64,000 bases of DNA from NCBI GenBank assembly GCA_023129075.1, contig JAGMCT010000002.1:67077-131076 (forward strand). Direction: 5' to 3'. Numbering within the stretch: position 1 is the stretch's first letter; every line of letters starts with the position of its first letter. Both the position numbers and the translations under genes were made by a program. Below are positions 38,610 to 48,600 of this stretch, piece after piece. This stretch comes from Candidatus Micrarchaeota archaeon (lineage in GTDB: Archaea > Micrarchaeota > Micrarchaeia > Anstonellales > Bilamarchaeaceae). Under the pieces are notes generated by a model, which ran no database searches, had not been told where the DNA came from, and worked only from the letters and a program-made list of their open reading frames with translations.

Positions 38610-38842
38610 ATTTCTCTTTCTCCGTTTTTTTCTATGTGAATGCAGTTTACGGGACAGGATGTTGCAGCCTCTTTTGAACAGCCGATATCTTCAACCTCTA
38701 GAATATGTTCTTTGCCTTCTTTTTTTGCTCCTTTAAGATTGACTTTTCCATCAGGGTCCATCTCCCAATGAAGAGGACAAATGACTGCACAGGCTCCGCA
38801 CCCTATACAAATATCCCTATCATGGATTATTTTGTTTGCCAT
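38606..38842 (-). CDS. Single-cluster ferredoxin
   Basis: CIGCGAC..ICP and AATSCPVNCI motifs. Confidence 0.9.
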   Translation of the reverse strand: MANKIIHDRDICIGCGACAVICPLHWEMDPDGKVNLKGAKKEGKEHILEVEDIGCSKEAATSCPVNCIHIEKNGEREI

Positions 38843-38874
38843 AATATCACAACTTTGTTTTCTCAGAAAATAAT

Positions 38875-39576
38875 TTAAAAGGAGGGGTTTTTTAGAAATG
38901 AGAACTTCTCAGGGTTTTCTTTGAATTCCTTAAGCAAATCAGAAACAACAATTCCATATTTGTAAAGGGTTTCAGATGGTTTCATTTTTTTCATATCCTT
39001 TATTATATAATTCTGGTTTTGAACAAGCATTCTTTCATTTGTATAGTAGTATGCAGCACCGTTGTTCTTTTTATACTCCCCGTATTGGGATTCAAAACCA
39101 TCATAAACAAGATTGCCCATCACAAGAACTTCCTCAAGCGGATTTATGGAAACATGTCCGTAATCCGGAAGCATAAGAATGACATCCCCTTTTTCAGCCT
39201 GTACAATAACAACCTCTACGCTTTCATTGTTGTTTCTTTTCTGCATTATGAAAATCGCCCCTCCGCTGAGAATCTGGTAGAGTTCAGGATATTCCTTTCC
39301 GCTCTGGGATTTTGTATGGTAATGTCCGTAGGTTTTCACATATTCCTTCCCTACAATTCTCGGGGGGATTACAGTTATATCATATCTTATGTCATCTATT
39401 TTCATTATGTCTCTGTACATGAAGTAAAGCGCAGGGTCAAGCTCGTTTTTTGGAAAACTCATAAGAACATCCTTCATATCGCTTAATTTTCTTGTTGAGA
39501 ATGAGCGGGGATTTCCGTTAATGTAGATATTCCTCCCCAAAAGTTCCATTCTTAGAGGTTCTTCATAAAGGATCAT
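38875..39576 (-). CDS. Cupin-type glucose-6-phosphate isomerase family protein
   Basis: LYFMYR, RYDITVI, KTYGHYH, YPELY and GHVSIN motifs. Confidence 0.85.
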   Translation of the reverse strand: MILYEEPLRMELLGRNIYINGNPRSFSTRKLSDMKDVLMSFPKNELDPALYFMYRDIMKIDDIRYDITVIPPRIVGKEYVKTYGHYHTKSQSGKEYPELYQILSGGAIFIMQKRNNNESVEVVIVQAEKGDVILMLPDYGHVSINPLEEVLVMGNLVYDGFESQYGEYKKNNGAAYYYTNERMLVQNQNYIIKDMKKMKPSETLYKYGIVVSDLLKEFKENPEKFSFLKNPSF

Positions 39577-39962
39577 CTCATATCCTCCTTGTGTTTTTCA
39601 AATTCAAGCTGTTTTTCTTTTCTTTTTGATACTATTAATTTTTCTTTCCTCATTTTTATCAGAAGTATTCTTATAAATTTCAGGACTTCCTGCTTTTCCT
39701 CATTGTATTTCTCAAGTTTTTTTTCTATTTTTGGAACGAGTTTGCTCAGTTTCACATAAAAACCCGTGCTCAGTTCCGGCATCTTATCCGGGTGCTGAAG
39801 ATGCTCATAAAGAACCTGTTTTATCATCTTAAGACTTTTTGCTATTTTTTTTGTTTCTTTTTCTTCAGTAGAAAAGGTTATCTCAAGATTTCTGGCGATT
39901 GCTGCGAGTTCTTCCCAATCAAGATTTTCAATTTGCTTCTCTTCCATATATATCCTTTCCAT
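39573..39962 (-). CDS. Hypothetical helical protein
   Basis: ORF coupled (ATGA) to the cupin gene. The start codon is uncertain. Confidence 0.5.
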   Translation of the reverse strand: MERIYMEEKQIENLDWEELAAIARNLEITFSTEEKETKKIAKSLKMIKQVLYEHLQHPDKMPELSTGFYVKLSKLVPKIEKKLEKYNEEKQEVLKFIRILLIKMRKEKLIVSKRKEKQLEFEKHKEDMR

Positions 39963-40101
39963 CCGAATATTAATAATAGTATCCTTAGATGTTTTCAAGA
40001 ATATAATTTTTGTTATTTTTTATTCCAGTTGCTGACACGCAGTTTGAGAGAAAAAACAAAAATCCGAATAGATATTAAAACCTTTACTTCAATATCTCTT
40101 C

Positions 40102-41385
40102 ATGCTTCTAAGCGTTAAGTATGCACCATCAAAACTTGATGAGATTATAGGAAATGTCAGTGTTAAAGAGGTTGTGCAGAAATGGATGCTTAATTGGATT
40201 AGGGGCAGGGTCCAGAAGCCGGTTTTGATTTACGGCCCCCCTGGAATAGGTAAAACAGCCATTGCCTATGCTCTGAAAAAAGAGCACGACCTTGAACTTA
40301 TTGAGATGAATGCAGGCGATTTCAGGAACAAAGAAAACATAAATCGTATCCTTAACAATTCTATGCTTGCTTCAACAATAAGCGGAAAGAAAAGATTTGT
40401 TTTGATAGATGATGTGGATGCTATGAGCAGGGAAGATGCCGGGGGAGTTTCGGCCATTGTTTCATTTCTTAAGAACAGCCCCCACCCCGTAATGCTGACA
40501 GCCATAGACGGATGGAACAGGAAGATAAGCTCTTTGAGGTCTCACTGCCAGCTGTTGGATATGAAGAGGCCTCCGAAACCCACTATTCTTAAATATTTGG
40601 AGAAGATTGCCAAGAAAGAAAAGATTGAGATTACTAATGAGCTTCTTCATGAAATTGTGGATTCTAATCATGGGGATGTCAGGGCTTGTCTTGTTGACCT
40701 TGAAGCAGGAATGAGTTTCAAAAGGGACAGGGATGAAAATATATTTGAGATAATGAGGAAGCTTTTTTCAGGCAGGGATTATTATGAGGTAAGAAACCTT
40801 ACATATGGAACCATTGACCATAATTATCTCAAGTTATGGATAGATGAGAATCTTCCTGCGCAGTATTCAGAAAGACAGCTTGCAGAAGCGTATGATGTTT
40901 TTTCCAGAGCGGATGTTTTTGACGGGCGTATAAGAAAAAGAAATTACTGGGGTTTTCTCAGGTATTCCAGTGATTTGATGACTTCTGGTGTTTCCTTTGT
41001 TGGATTTGAGAATCCACCAAAGTTCGTAAGATATTCATTTCCGAATTATCTAAGGAAGATGGGTGCAACAGTTTCTTCAAGAGCCAAGATGAAATCAATC
41101 CTAAAAAGGATTGCAGGGATTTCGCATACCTCCTCAAAAAGATGCAGGGATTATGTTTATGTTCTTGCAAACCTTGTTCATAAGCACGGAGAGAATGCAG
41201 TTGATTTTTACAGATTAGAAGAAAACGAGCTTGATTTTCTAAAATCTTTTTATAAAATACCTAAAAAACCCAAGAAAAAGCCAAAGAAAACAGAGAAAAA
41301 ATCTGAGAAAGCAGGGGAAAAGAAGAAAAGAGAACCTGAGAAAAAGAAATCCTTAGGGTCTTCTACTCTTCATGAGTTTTTCTGA
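40102..41385 (+). CDS. rfcL: Replication factor C large subunit
   Basis: KYAP, GPPGIGKT, EMNAGD.R, WIDEN, ADVF, and a C-terminal PIP-like SSTLHEFF. Confidence 0.93.
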   Translation: MLLSVKYAPSKLDEIIGNVSVKEVVQKWMLNWIRGRVQKPVLIYGPPGIGKTAIAYALKKEHDLELIEMNAGDFRNKENINRILNNSMLASTISGKKRFVLIDDVDAMSREDAGGVSAIVSFLKNSPHPVMLTAIDGWNRKISSLRSHCQLLDMKRPPKPTILKYLEKIAKKEKIEITNELLHEIVDSNHGDVRACLVDLEAGMSFKRDRDENIFEIMRKLFSGRDYYEVRNLTYGTIDHNYLKLWIDENLPAQYSERQLAEAYDVFSRADVFDGRIRKRNYWGFLRYSSDLMTSGVSFVGFENPPKFVRYSFPNYLRKMGATVSSRAKMKSILKRIAGISHTSSKRCRDYVYVLANLVHKHGENAVDFYRLEENELDFLKSFYKIPKKPKKKPKKTEKKSEKAGEKKKREPEKKKSLGSSTLHEFF

Positions 41386-41393
41386 GTGATAGG

Positions 41394-42155
41394 ATGGAAC
41401 TGGTCTTTTCAAGCATGAATATTGCAAGCATGAATATTGCTGAACATCTTTTTCAAAGGTTTGAGAAAAAGGAAGAGAACATCTGGGTTTACGGCAGTCA
41501 TAGGCTCATAGATTTAAAGGTAGACAGCATTTTGGACATCCCTGATTCGTTCAAAGGCCCTGTTCTTGTTCTTTCAACCCACAAAAGCGAAAAAAATTAT
41601 CCTGCATTTACCACCCACACTCCCGGAAACTGGTCTTCAGCTGATTTTGGTGGGGAGCCCAGAACCCTTAATATTGCCAACGGTTCGTTAATGGTTTCTC
41701 TTTTGAAGAATCTGCATAAAAACAATTCCCTAAACTGGAGTGTTAATCTTGAGGTGGACCATCACGGCCCGACTGTAAGTTACCCAATTACCTATGTTGA
41801 GATAGGCAGTTCGGAAAAGGAGTGGAGGAATAAAGATGCAGGAAGGATAGTTGCTGATTCGGTTTTAGCTTCTTTAGATCATGAGAGGGCAGAAGGTTCA
41901 TATCTTTGCGCCGGCGGGGGGCATTATGCTCCTTTGTTTACAAGGATGGTTCTTGAGAATGGCTTGGTGCCAGGCCATATGCTTCCAAAATATAAGGCCG
42001 GCGAGCTTGAGGAGGATACATTTATTCAGGCGGTTGAAAAGGTTGCTGAAAAAACAAAAGGAATTGTAATGGACAAGGATGGTCTCAACCTGATACAGAA
42101 GAATAAAATAAGGGATTTGGCATCTTCCTATGGGCTTGAGGTGCAGGCGGTTTAA
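41394..42155 (+). CDS. dtdA: D-aminoacyl-tRNA deacylase (DTD2/GEK1)
   Basis: STHKS, HTPGN, EVDHHGP, EIGS and GGGHY motifs. Confidence 0.9.
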   Translation: MELVFSSMNIASMNIAEHLFQRFEKKEENIWVYGSHRLIDLKVDSILDIPDSFKGPVLVLSTHKSEKNYPAFTTHTPGNWSSADFGGEPRTLNIANGSLMVSLLKNLHKNNSLNWSVNLEVDHHGPTVSYPITYVEIGSSEKEWRNKDAGRIVADSVLASLDHERAEGSYLCAGGGHYAPLFTRMVLENGLVPGHMLPKYKAGELEEDTFIQAVEKVAEKTKGIVMDKDGLNLIQKNKIRDLASSYGLEVQAV

Positions 42156-42250
42156 CTTTTAAAACTATTGTTGCGTATTCTTTTACATTCACACCAAGCC
42201 AAGGTCCATGTTTCCTTCGGAAACTGTTCCTCAGCGTTCGTTGCACTCAC

Positions 42251-42378
42251 GCCAAGGTAGCTCAGTCTGGTTAGAGCGCCAGACTCATAAGGGATTATGA
42301 GTTCTGAGGCAAATGCCTATGATTGAATAGGCGCTCTGAGTAATCTGGAGGTCGGGGGTTCGAAGCCCCCTCTTGGCA
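42251..42378 (+). tRNA. Elongator tRNA-Met(CAU) with 53-nt 37/38 intron (42290-42342)
   Basis: Acceptor stem GCCAAGG/TCTTGGC-A, anticodon arm CCAGA-CTCATA|A-TCTGG, BHB helix CTCA/TGAG with two TAA bulges. Confidence 0.9.
42290..42342 (+). ncRNA. Putative intron-encoded box C/D guide RNA
   Basis: Two CTGA boxes (42304, 42336), C-like boxes GGGATTA and ATGATTG, and guides antisense to the host tRNA. Confidence 0.55.
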
Positions 42379-42527
42379 TCCAAAAGAAAAGAGGCAAAAT
42401 TCAGATTATTTTTCAGATAGTTTTCTCGGCAATTCTATGAATTTTCAAGATCCCACCTTTTTTCATCAAATTCTAGAGAGTTCAGTGAAATTTCTTATTT
42501 TTTCATCAAGAATTCCAAATAATATAT

Positions 42528-42555
42528 CTTTTATGTAACTATGGTTACATATAAC
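42528..42555. other. Candidate Xer recombination (dif-like) site
   Basis: CTTTTATGTAA-CTATGG-TTACATATAAC: 11-6-11 architecture, TAA-N6-TTA core, arms 9/11 symmetric. Confidence 0.5.
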
Positions 42556-42607
42556 CCCAACCTTTTTTAATCTTGTTTTAGAATTCCTTTTGGGAGAGAG
42601 TGAGCTT

Positions 42608-43351
42608 ATGAAAATCGTAATTGCAGAAGCAACCAGTTTAAGAGATGCAATAGAAGTTGTAGTAAACCTTGTTGAAGAAGGAACCTTTGAAATCTCAGAA
42701 GAAGGAATTAAGTTAAAAGCAATGGACCCTTCTCAGATTTCCATGGTCTCATTTTCTATGCCAAAGGACGTATTTTCCATTTACGAGGTCTCTGAACCCA
42801 GAAAAGTAGGAGTTGATATAGATAGATTAAGCAAGGTTCTCTCAAGAGGAACCAGAGGCGAAAGCGCAGAGCTTTCCTTTGAAGACAATAGGCTCAGCAT
42901 AAAATTCCTTAAAGAAAAAAGAAGCAGACATTTCAAGATACCTCTTCTTGAACTCAGCGCCGGGGTTGAAAAGGAGCCAAAGATTGAATATAAACAGGAA
43001 GTAGTGATGAGTTCAGAAACAATGAAAGAGATTTTGAAAGACGCAAAGCTCATAAGTTCGCACATCACATTCAGCCTCAATTCCAAAGGATTTTTTGTGC
43101 ATGTAAAAGGAGACAATGGAGAAATAGACGAAGAGTTTGGTGTGGGCACAGAAGAGATAAAAGAGGTAAAAGCAACTTCTGACTCAAGGGCAACATTCCC
43201 TCTCCAATACCTTGAAGACATAGTAAAGGCAAGTAAATCCTCCATAGATATAACGCTCCACCTTGAAACAGATAGACCCTTAAAACTCTCTTATAATGTA
43301 GAGGGTGCACAGGCAGTTTATTATCTTGCCCCAAGAATAGAGAGCATATAA
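42608..43351 (+). CDS. pcn: Proliferating cell nuclear antigen (sliding clamp)
   Basis: LKAMDPSQISMV, FPLQYL and YYLAPRIE motifs. Confidence 0.96.
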   Translation: MKIVIAEATSLRDAIEVVVNLVEEGTFEISEEGIKLKAMDPSQISMVSFSMPKDVFSIYEVSEPRKVGVDIDRLSKVLSRGTRGESAELSFEDNRLSIKFLKEKRSRHFKIPLLELSAGVEKEPKIEYKQEVVMSSETMKEILKDAKLISSHITFSLNSKGFFVHVKGDNGEIDEEFGVGTEEIKEVKATSDSRATFPLQYLEDIVKASKSSIDITLHLETDRPLKLSYNVEGAQAVYYLAPRIESI

Positions 43352-43373
43352 TCCAACCAAGAGGAGAAGAAGA

Positions 43374-44336
43374 ATGAAATCCAAGATCATTAATCCATTC
43401 TTAGTCGTCCTAACCTTCTCATTCTTTTTAATCAGCGGATGCATAGATGATAGAACCGAAACCGGAGCTCCTGGCTGTGATGGCGGTGGATGGGTACCCA
43501 CAGGCTGTCTTGGCAAGTCCCTAATAAAGAACATAACTGTTGAGCCTGCTGTTGCGTGCCTGAAGGTGGATGCAAACAACTGCAACGGCGGCATACTGGG
43601 TATTGAAAATAAGTGCGATGTAGATTTTAAGATTGGCGGCCAAACAATTTATGCCCATTCCTACCAGACCGTTGAGTTTGTAAGAAATGCTGAAGGAGAG
43701 ATATTTGTTATTGAACCCCACGGAAATTTTGATTCCTACAATCCAGAAGATGAAGATTTCCTAAGTTTTAAAGGAACTCTTGGAGAAGAGGAGATTACAA
43801 TCTCCTATTTGAAGAAAAATGTTTGCGGAACTGCAAAAACACCAGACATTGGCGGTGTTTCCTTGGAGATGTTTAAGACCAATTTTGACCCCAGCGAGCC
43901 CGTCGAAGCCTTCGTTGAAGCCGACAAAATGTTTTTTACTGGTTTTCCTGCTTTTGAGGTTTACCAACTGATTGATGAAGAATGGCATTATGTTGATATC
44001 TACGACTTCTTCTGCGCTCTGCCCTGCTCAGCTAACATAAGCGAGATTTGCGGAGGACCGATAGCATGCGCCCCGCTCCCACTCCATTGCATGGATTTTG
44101 ATTTTCTTTCCGATAACTTTGAATGGGACCAGACAATCCTGAAAATCCGCACTATTGAATGCCCTGATTCAAACGAAACAGCGATTTGCTCTTTTGAAGA
44201 AAAGGCCGAACCAGGCACCTACAAATTTGTTTTCCAATATTCCACAAACTGTATTAATACCGAATTTTTCTATGCGGAAGAAAATAATGTTCAAACTATT
44301 GAAAAGACCTTTGAGATTACCCCCAGTGCAGAATAG
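43374..44336 (+). CDS. Cys-rich exported (lipo)protein
   Basis: Signal ending ISGC, many Cys, two beta-rich domains. Confidence 0.7.
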   Translation: MKSKIINPFLVVLTFSFFLISGCIDDRTETGAPGCDGGGWVPTGCLGKSLIKNITVEPAVACLKVDANNCNGGILGIENKCDVDFKIGGQTIYAHSYQTVEFVRNAEGEIFVIEPHGNFDSYNPEDEDFLSFKGTLGEEEITISYLKKNVCGTAKTPDIGGVSLEMFKTNFDPSEPVEAFVEADKMFFTGFPAFEVYQLIDEEWHYVDIYDFFCALPCSANISEICGGPIACAPLPLHCMDFDFLSDNFEWDQTILKIRTIECPDSNETAICSFEEKAEPGTYKFVFQYSTNCINTEFFYAEENNVQTIEKTFEITPSAE

Positions 44337-44359
44337 TGAAAGAGCGAATGAACAACTCT

Positions 44360-45622
44360 TTAATTCCGATAATCAAATCCAAATAACCCAACCAGCAAAA
44401 GAAATGCAAGAGGAATACTGCACACATCATTAAAATTGTTCAAATCAACACTACCTTCTCCTATCTTTTCAATAGCAATCTCACTTTTTGATTTTCCTTT
44501 TTTTTCTATAATTATACTTCCATCTATTTCATTGTAACCAGTTTTAATCATAAAAGGAATCGTATGTATAAAATTATCCTCAAGCGCACTCTCATTTATT
44601 TCATAATAAACTGTTTTTAGTTCTCCAGGATTCATGAGAATAAAACTGTAATCATTCCCGTGCACATTTTCATCTATTACAAGTTTCATACATACCGGCA
44701 GATATCTATTCTTTGTATTTTTCATATAAATTTCAAGTTTCTGTTCTGTTGATTCATACACAAAGTCTATATCTATTGGCCCGTCTCTTTCATAGCTGTT
44801 TAATTCTGTTATTTTAACATCACTTTCCATTTCGAACCTGCCTCCCCTTGCACTCATCTGGTCCCCCATCTTTTTCTGGTCTTCTGCATTTGCCATTGCA
44901 ATATGCTCCCCGCTTAGGATACCCATCTCAAAAAATGTTGGGTCAACCGAAATCCATTTTCCATCAATCTTTATTTCTGCCCATGAATGAGACTGCCATC
45001 CTTCCTCCCCTTTTACATATCCTGATACTACATTACCTTCAAATCCTATGCTCTTTGCAAGCGCCAGGAACAGGTGTGAATATTCAACACACACACCCTT
45101 CTTATCCTGAAAGATTTTTTCCGCAGATTCAAATGTTCCCCAATACCCAAGGTCATACTCAAGATTATTGTGCACCCACTCAATAAGTTTTCCTGCAGTA
45201 TCCACCTGCCCTTCTGCTTCCCTTGTTATCTCAATTGCTTTCTGCTGCATTTCCTCAGTATATAAAGTCAGACCGCTTCCATTTACCGGTTTTCCACCCA
45301 ATTCAGGATTCTGCTCAAATCCATCTTCATATTCAATCTCAACCAGACCCCATACCCAAACCTGTTTTTCATCTTCCACCTCTGGAATCTCAAAGATTAC
45401 TCTTATTTCTGTATTATTCCTTTCAAACCTGCATTCATCAGAACATTTCATTTCAATTACTTTTTGGTACGAGGTATTAAGCAAAAAAATAGCATCTATT
45501 TCTATATCACTGATTTTTTCATCAGTCTTTATATTTATTGTTTTATTTATTTCTGCTTTCATATATCCTGTGTTTGCCACTATTATTGTTATAACCAGAA
45601 AAAGCATGAGGACTCTTTTCAT
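44360..45622 (-). CDS. Exported transglutaminase-like protein with Cys-TM anchor
   Basis: Triad GVCVEYS...SHSWAE...WISVDPT, signal peptide, tail DVCSIPLAFLLLVGLF. ATGA overlap with the upstream giant gene. Confidence 0.88.
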   Translation of the reverse strand: MKRVLMLFLVITIIVANTGYMKAEINKTINIKTDEKISDIEIDAIFLLNTSYQKVIEMKCSDECRFERNNTEIRVIFEIPEVEDEKQVWVWGLVEIEYEDGFEQNPELGGKPVNGSGLTLYTEEMQQKAIEITREAEGQVDTAGKLIEWVHNNLEYDLGYWGTFESAEKIFQDKKGVCVEYSHLFLALAKSIGFEGNVVSGYVKGEEGWQSHSWAEIKIDGKWISVDPTFFEMGILSGEHIAMANAEDQKKMGDQMSARGGRFEMESDVKITELNSYERDGPIDIDFVYESTEQKLEIYMKNTKNRYLPVCMKLVIDENVHGNDYSFILMNPGELKTVYYEINESALEDNFIHTIPFMIKTGYNEIDGSIIIEKKGKSKSEIAIEKIGEGSVDLNNFNDVCSIPLAFLLLVGLFGFDYRN

Positions 45623-48600
45623 GACTTTCTTTTTTTCTTTTCTCCTTTTAATTCTTTCTTTTTCTTTCTCCACAACAACAGCACCATAAAAAATATTATT
45701 TCAACATCAAGCATTGAGCAGGGATTGAATATATTGCCTGCCAGCCAGTTTCCATACAAGCTCCATCCAAATAGGAACGGAAGCGAGAATAATATCGGAA
45801 TAAATAGAATACCAATTCCAAGCATGCGCCCTTTCTTTTTCTTGTATTTCCTGCCCAGCAGATGTAAATTGAGAATAAATAGAATAACCATAGCAGTCCA
45901 CAGAATCCATGCACTGCTTTTTGGTATGTTATACAGCCCAAGACACAAAGGCCCTGAGCACATTCTCTCAAACTCACCTATAGATAACCCCTCATCCATT
46001 ATTGCATATCCGTCTTTATGTGCCTGCACAAGGTATTCCCCAGGTTCGCTGAAAGTAAGATATATCTCTCCCTTTTCATTTGTCTGGTATTCAACCTTCC
46101 CAAGACACATAGGTCCGGTACAAATCTTTGCGGTTTCCAGTTTTCCTGCTTCATCTGTTACTATGTATCCTCCATACTCGTCAAGGGTTATATAAGCCCC
46201 TTCTTTCTCAAATGTGTACCCCACCCTGTTTATCACCACAACAGCATTTGGAATTGGATTTCCTTTACTGTCTACAATAACAATCCAGGTCCTTTCATTA
46301 AGATAAATTTCATCCTCTGTTTGCACAAAACCTTTTCTTATTATCTCAAAAATCTTTTTCAGATCAAGATAGTTCTCCTTTTCTACGATTATTTCTCCTT
46401 TATATGAAATTATTACCCTTGCAATTCCCCCCTCACCAGCATAAGTATCAGTATCTTCATTATAAACATGTGCAAAAGGAACAGGCTCCCCCCTATTATT
46501 TATAATCTCCATTATTACTGTTTTTCCTTCAATAAGCTCCCCTTCAATTATCTTTAAATCCATCTCCTTTGGAACGCATGAATTATTTATGCAGAATTCT
46601 GTTTCCTTACATTCATAACCAGGTATTCCTTCACAGCACTCGTATTCTCTGCAGTCGTGGTTAAGTATGATTCCGCAAGCACAATCTATCTCAATACACA
46701 TACCTTCATTACAGTATTCATTCCATTCACAATCTCCATTCTCCTCGCATTCTATACACACTTCATCACAGAGATTGCTTTTGCACATTGCATTCCTTTC
46801 GCAGTCCTCTTCCAGTTCTCTTTTCTCTTCGCATATTATACCATTACAAAATTCGTCCTCTGCACAATCACTGTCATTGTAGCACTGAGGTATTACCTCA
46901 AAATAAAATTCATAATAATCATCGGCCCTTCCATTATCTGCAAGAACCTTAATTAGATATTCCCCCAACTCAGTTGGATAAACACCAAGCGCAATCTCTC
47001 CACTCTCCTTCTTTTCTATTTCCTGTATGAGCCCATCGCTTCCTGTTATTGACGGCGGGGTTACAAGCTCAACAAATATATCTTTTTCATCATAATTCCC
47101 AGTATTTTCTATAACCACAGCAACCAAGGTATTCTTGTATATTATTCCTTCCTCCGGTTCCGCAGAAATTATCTCTATCTTATGCTTCTTTTTATGGTCT
47201 TCTTCCCCCCCTGCTTCCTCAAGCGTTACATACCATGTTTGGTTAACCTCTTCATAAAGCGTTTCCAGCACCACCACAATTTCATATTCCTGAAGCGCAA
47301 GTCCATCCACATTCCATGCATATGTGCTCGTATCATTGGTTCCTGATGTTTCATTGTACTCAGCACCATCTACATACCACCTAATTACTACTTCGCTTGA
47401 ATTTTCATAGGTGATTATGAAATCCTGCACATCTGAATTCTCTATTGTTATATTTATTGGCGTGTCTCTCTCATAATCTCTTGTCCCCATATTCTCATCA
47501 GGATAAACAGTCAATATTCTTACACTCAGCGGAATATCACAGCTGTCCTTATATCCATCATCATCCATATCTGCAAATAAGCAGGTCCACTTCTCTCCGT
47601 TCGTTCCGGTTCCCTGGGCCGTAAGATTTGCACACAGGAAGAACACTTTTGATGCTGAGCTTACCTCATCCCCTTCAGCATCCGTCACGTTAATATAAAG
47701 CTCATACATTTCATCCTGCGCAGGTGCATTTATGGTTCCAGAGCATTCTACTCTGTCTGTCCCCACAACCACTGCAGGCAGATTCCCTGCAAGCTGGTCT
47801 ACCCCCCCGCTTTTCTTATAATACACCTGGCAGTTCGCTATCACTGTTGAGTCATCCGTCCTAAACTGTGCACTCACATCAATTGTATCGCTTATATTAT
47901 ACCAGACATCACTCAGGCTGAATGAACCGCTTACATATGCAGGCTTCAAATCCACAACAAACGAAGTTGTATTCATAAGCCCATAATTCCCTGCAGGGTC
48001 TCTTGCCCTTACACTCACATAATAGGTTCCGTCATCCACCATACTCCCTATATTGAATTTACAATTAGAGTCATAGGTTTCTCCAATAGAATATCCCCCC
48101 GGCCCTGTTGCATTATAATAACACCCATAAATCTCCCCGTCATGGAAGTTCGTATTTGCAGTATCACTGTCATTTGCAAGAACCCCCATCCATACTGCTC
48201 CATTATACACAATTTCGTCCTTAACACCCGGTTCTGTAACTATCCTCGTTATATTCGGCGCATCATCATCCAATATTAAATAATACGGGAAATTCTCTGA
48301 TGTTGCTCCCCCAGGATTGATGCTGTGCGAATACTCAAATTTCTTATAACTCCCAACATCAGCATAGCTGTAAGCAGAGGTTGTTGGAATCCTTATCGTC
48401 ACATCAAACCCATTATAGGTTGTTCCCAGGTGGTCATCATCCCATAATTTAATTACAGCCTGCCCTGCATTATCCTCATAAGAAAATGTTTCAAATATTC
48501 CTGCATCCGGCCCTTCTTTTGTCATCCCGGCCAGGTTCAATCCCTGCCCGTGCGAAAGCCCAAACCCATTTTTATTTCCAATAAACATCTTCACCTGGTC

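Noticed and set aside
42480..42491. GTTCAGTGAAAT as a mini-ORB
   Set aside because: It is a single degenerate copy, and the apparent skew direction fits a terminus better than an origin.
45464..46195. 243-aa + strand ORF
   Set aside because: It is entirely antisense to the transglutaminase and giant genes and has no recognisable features.
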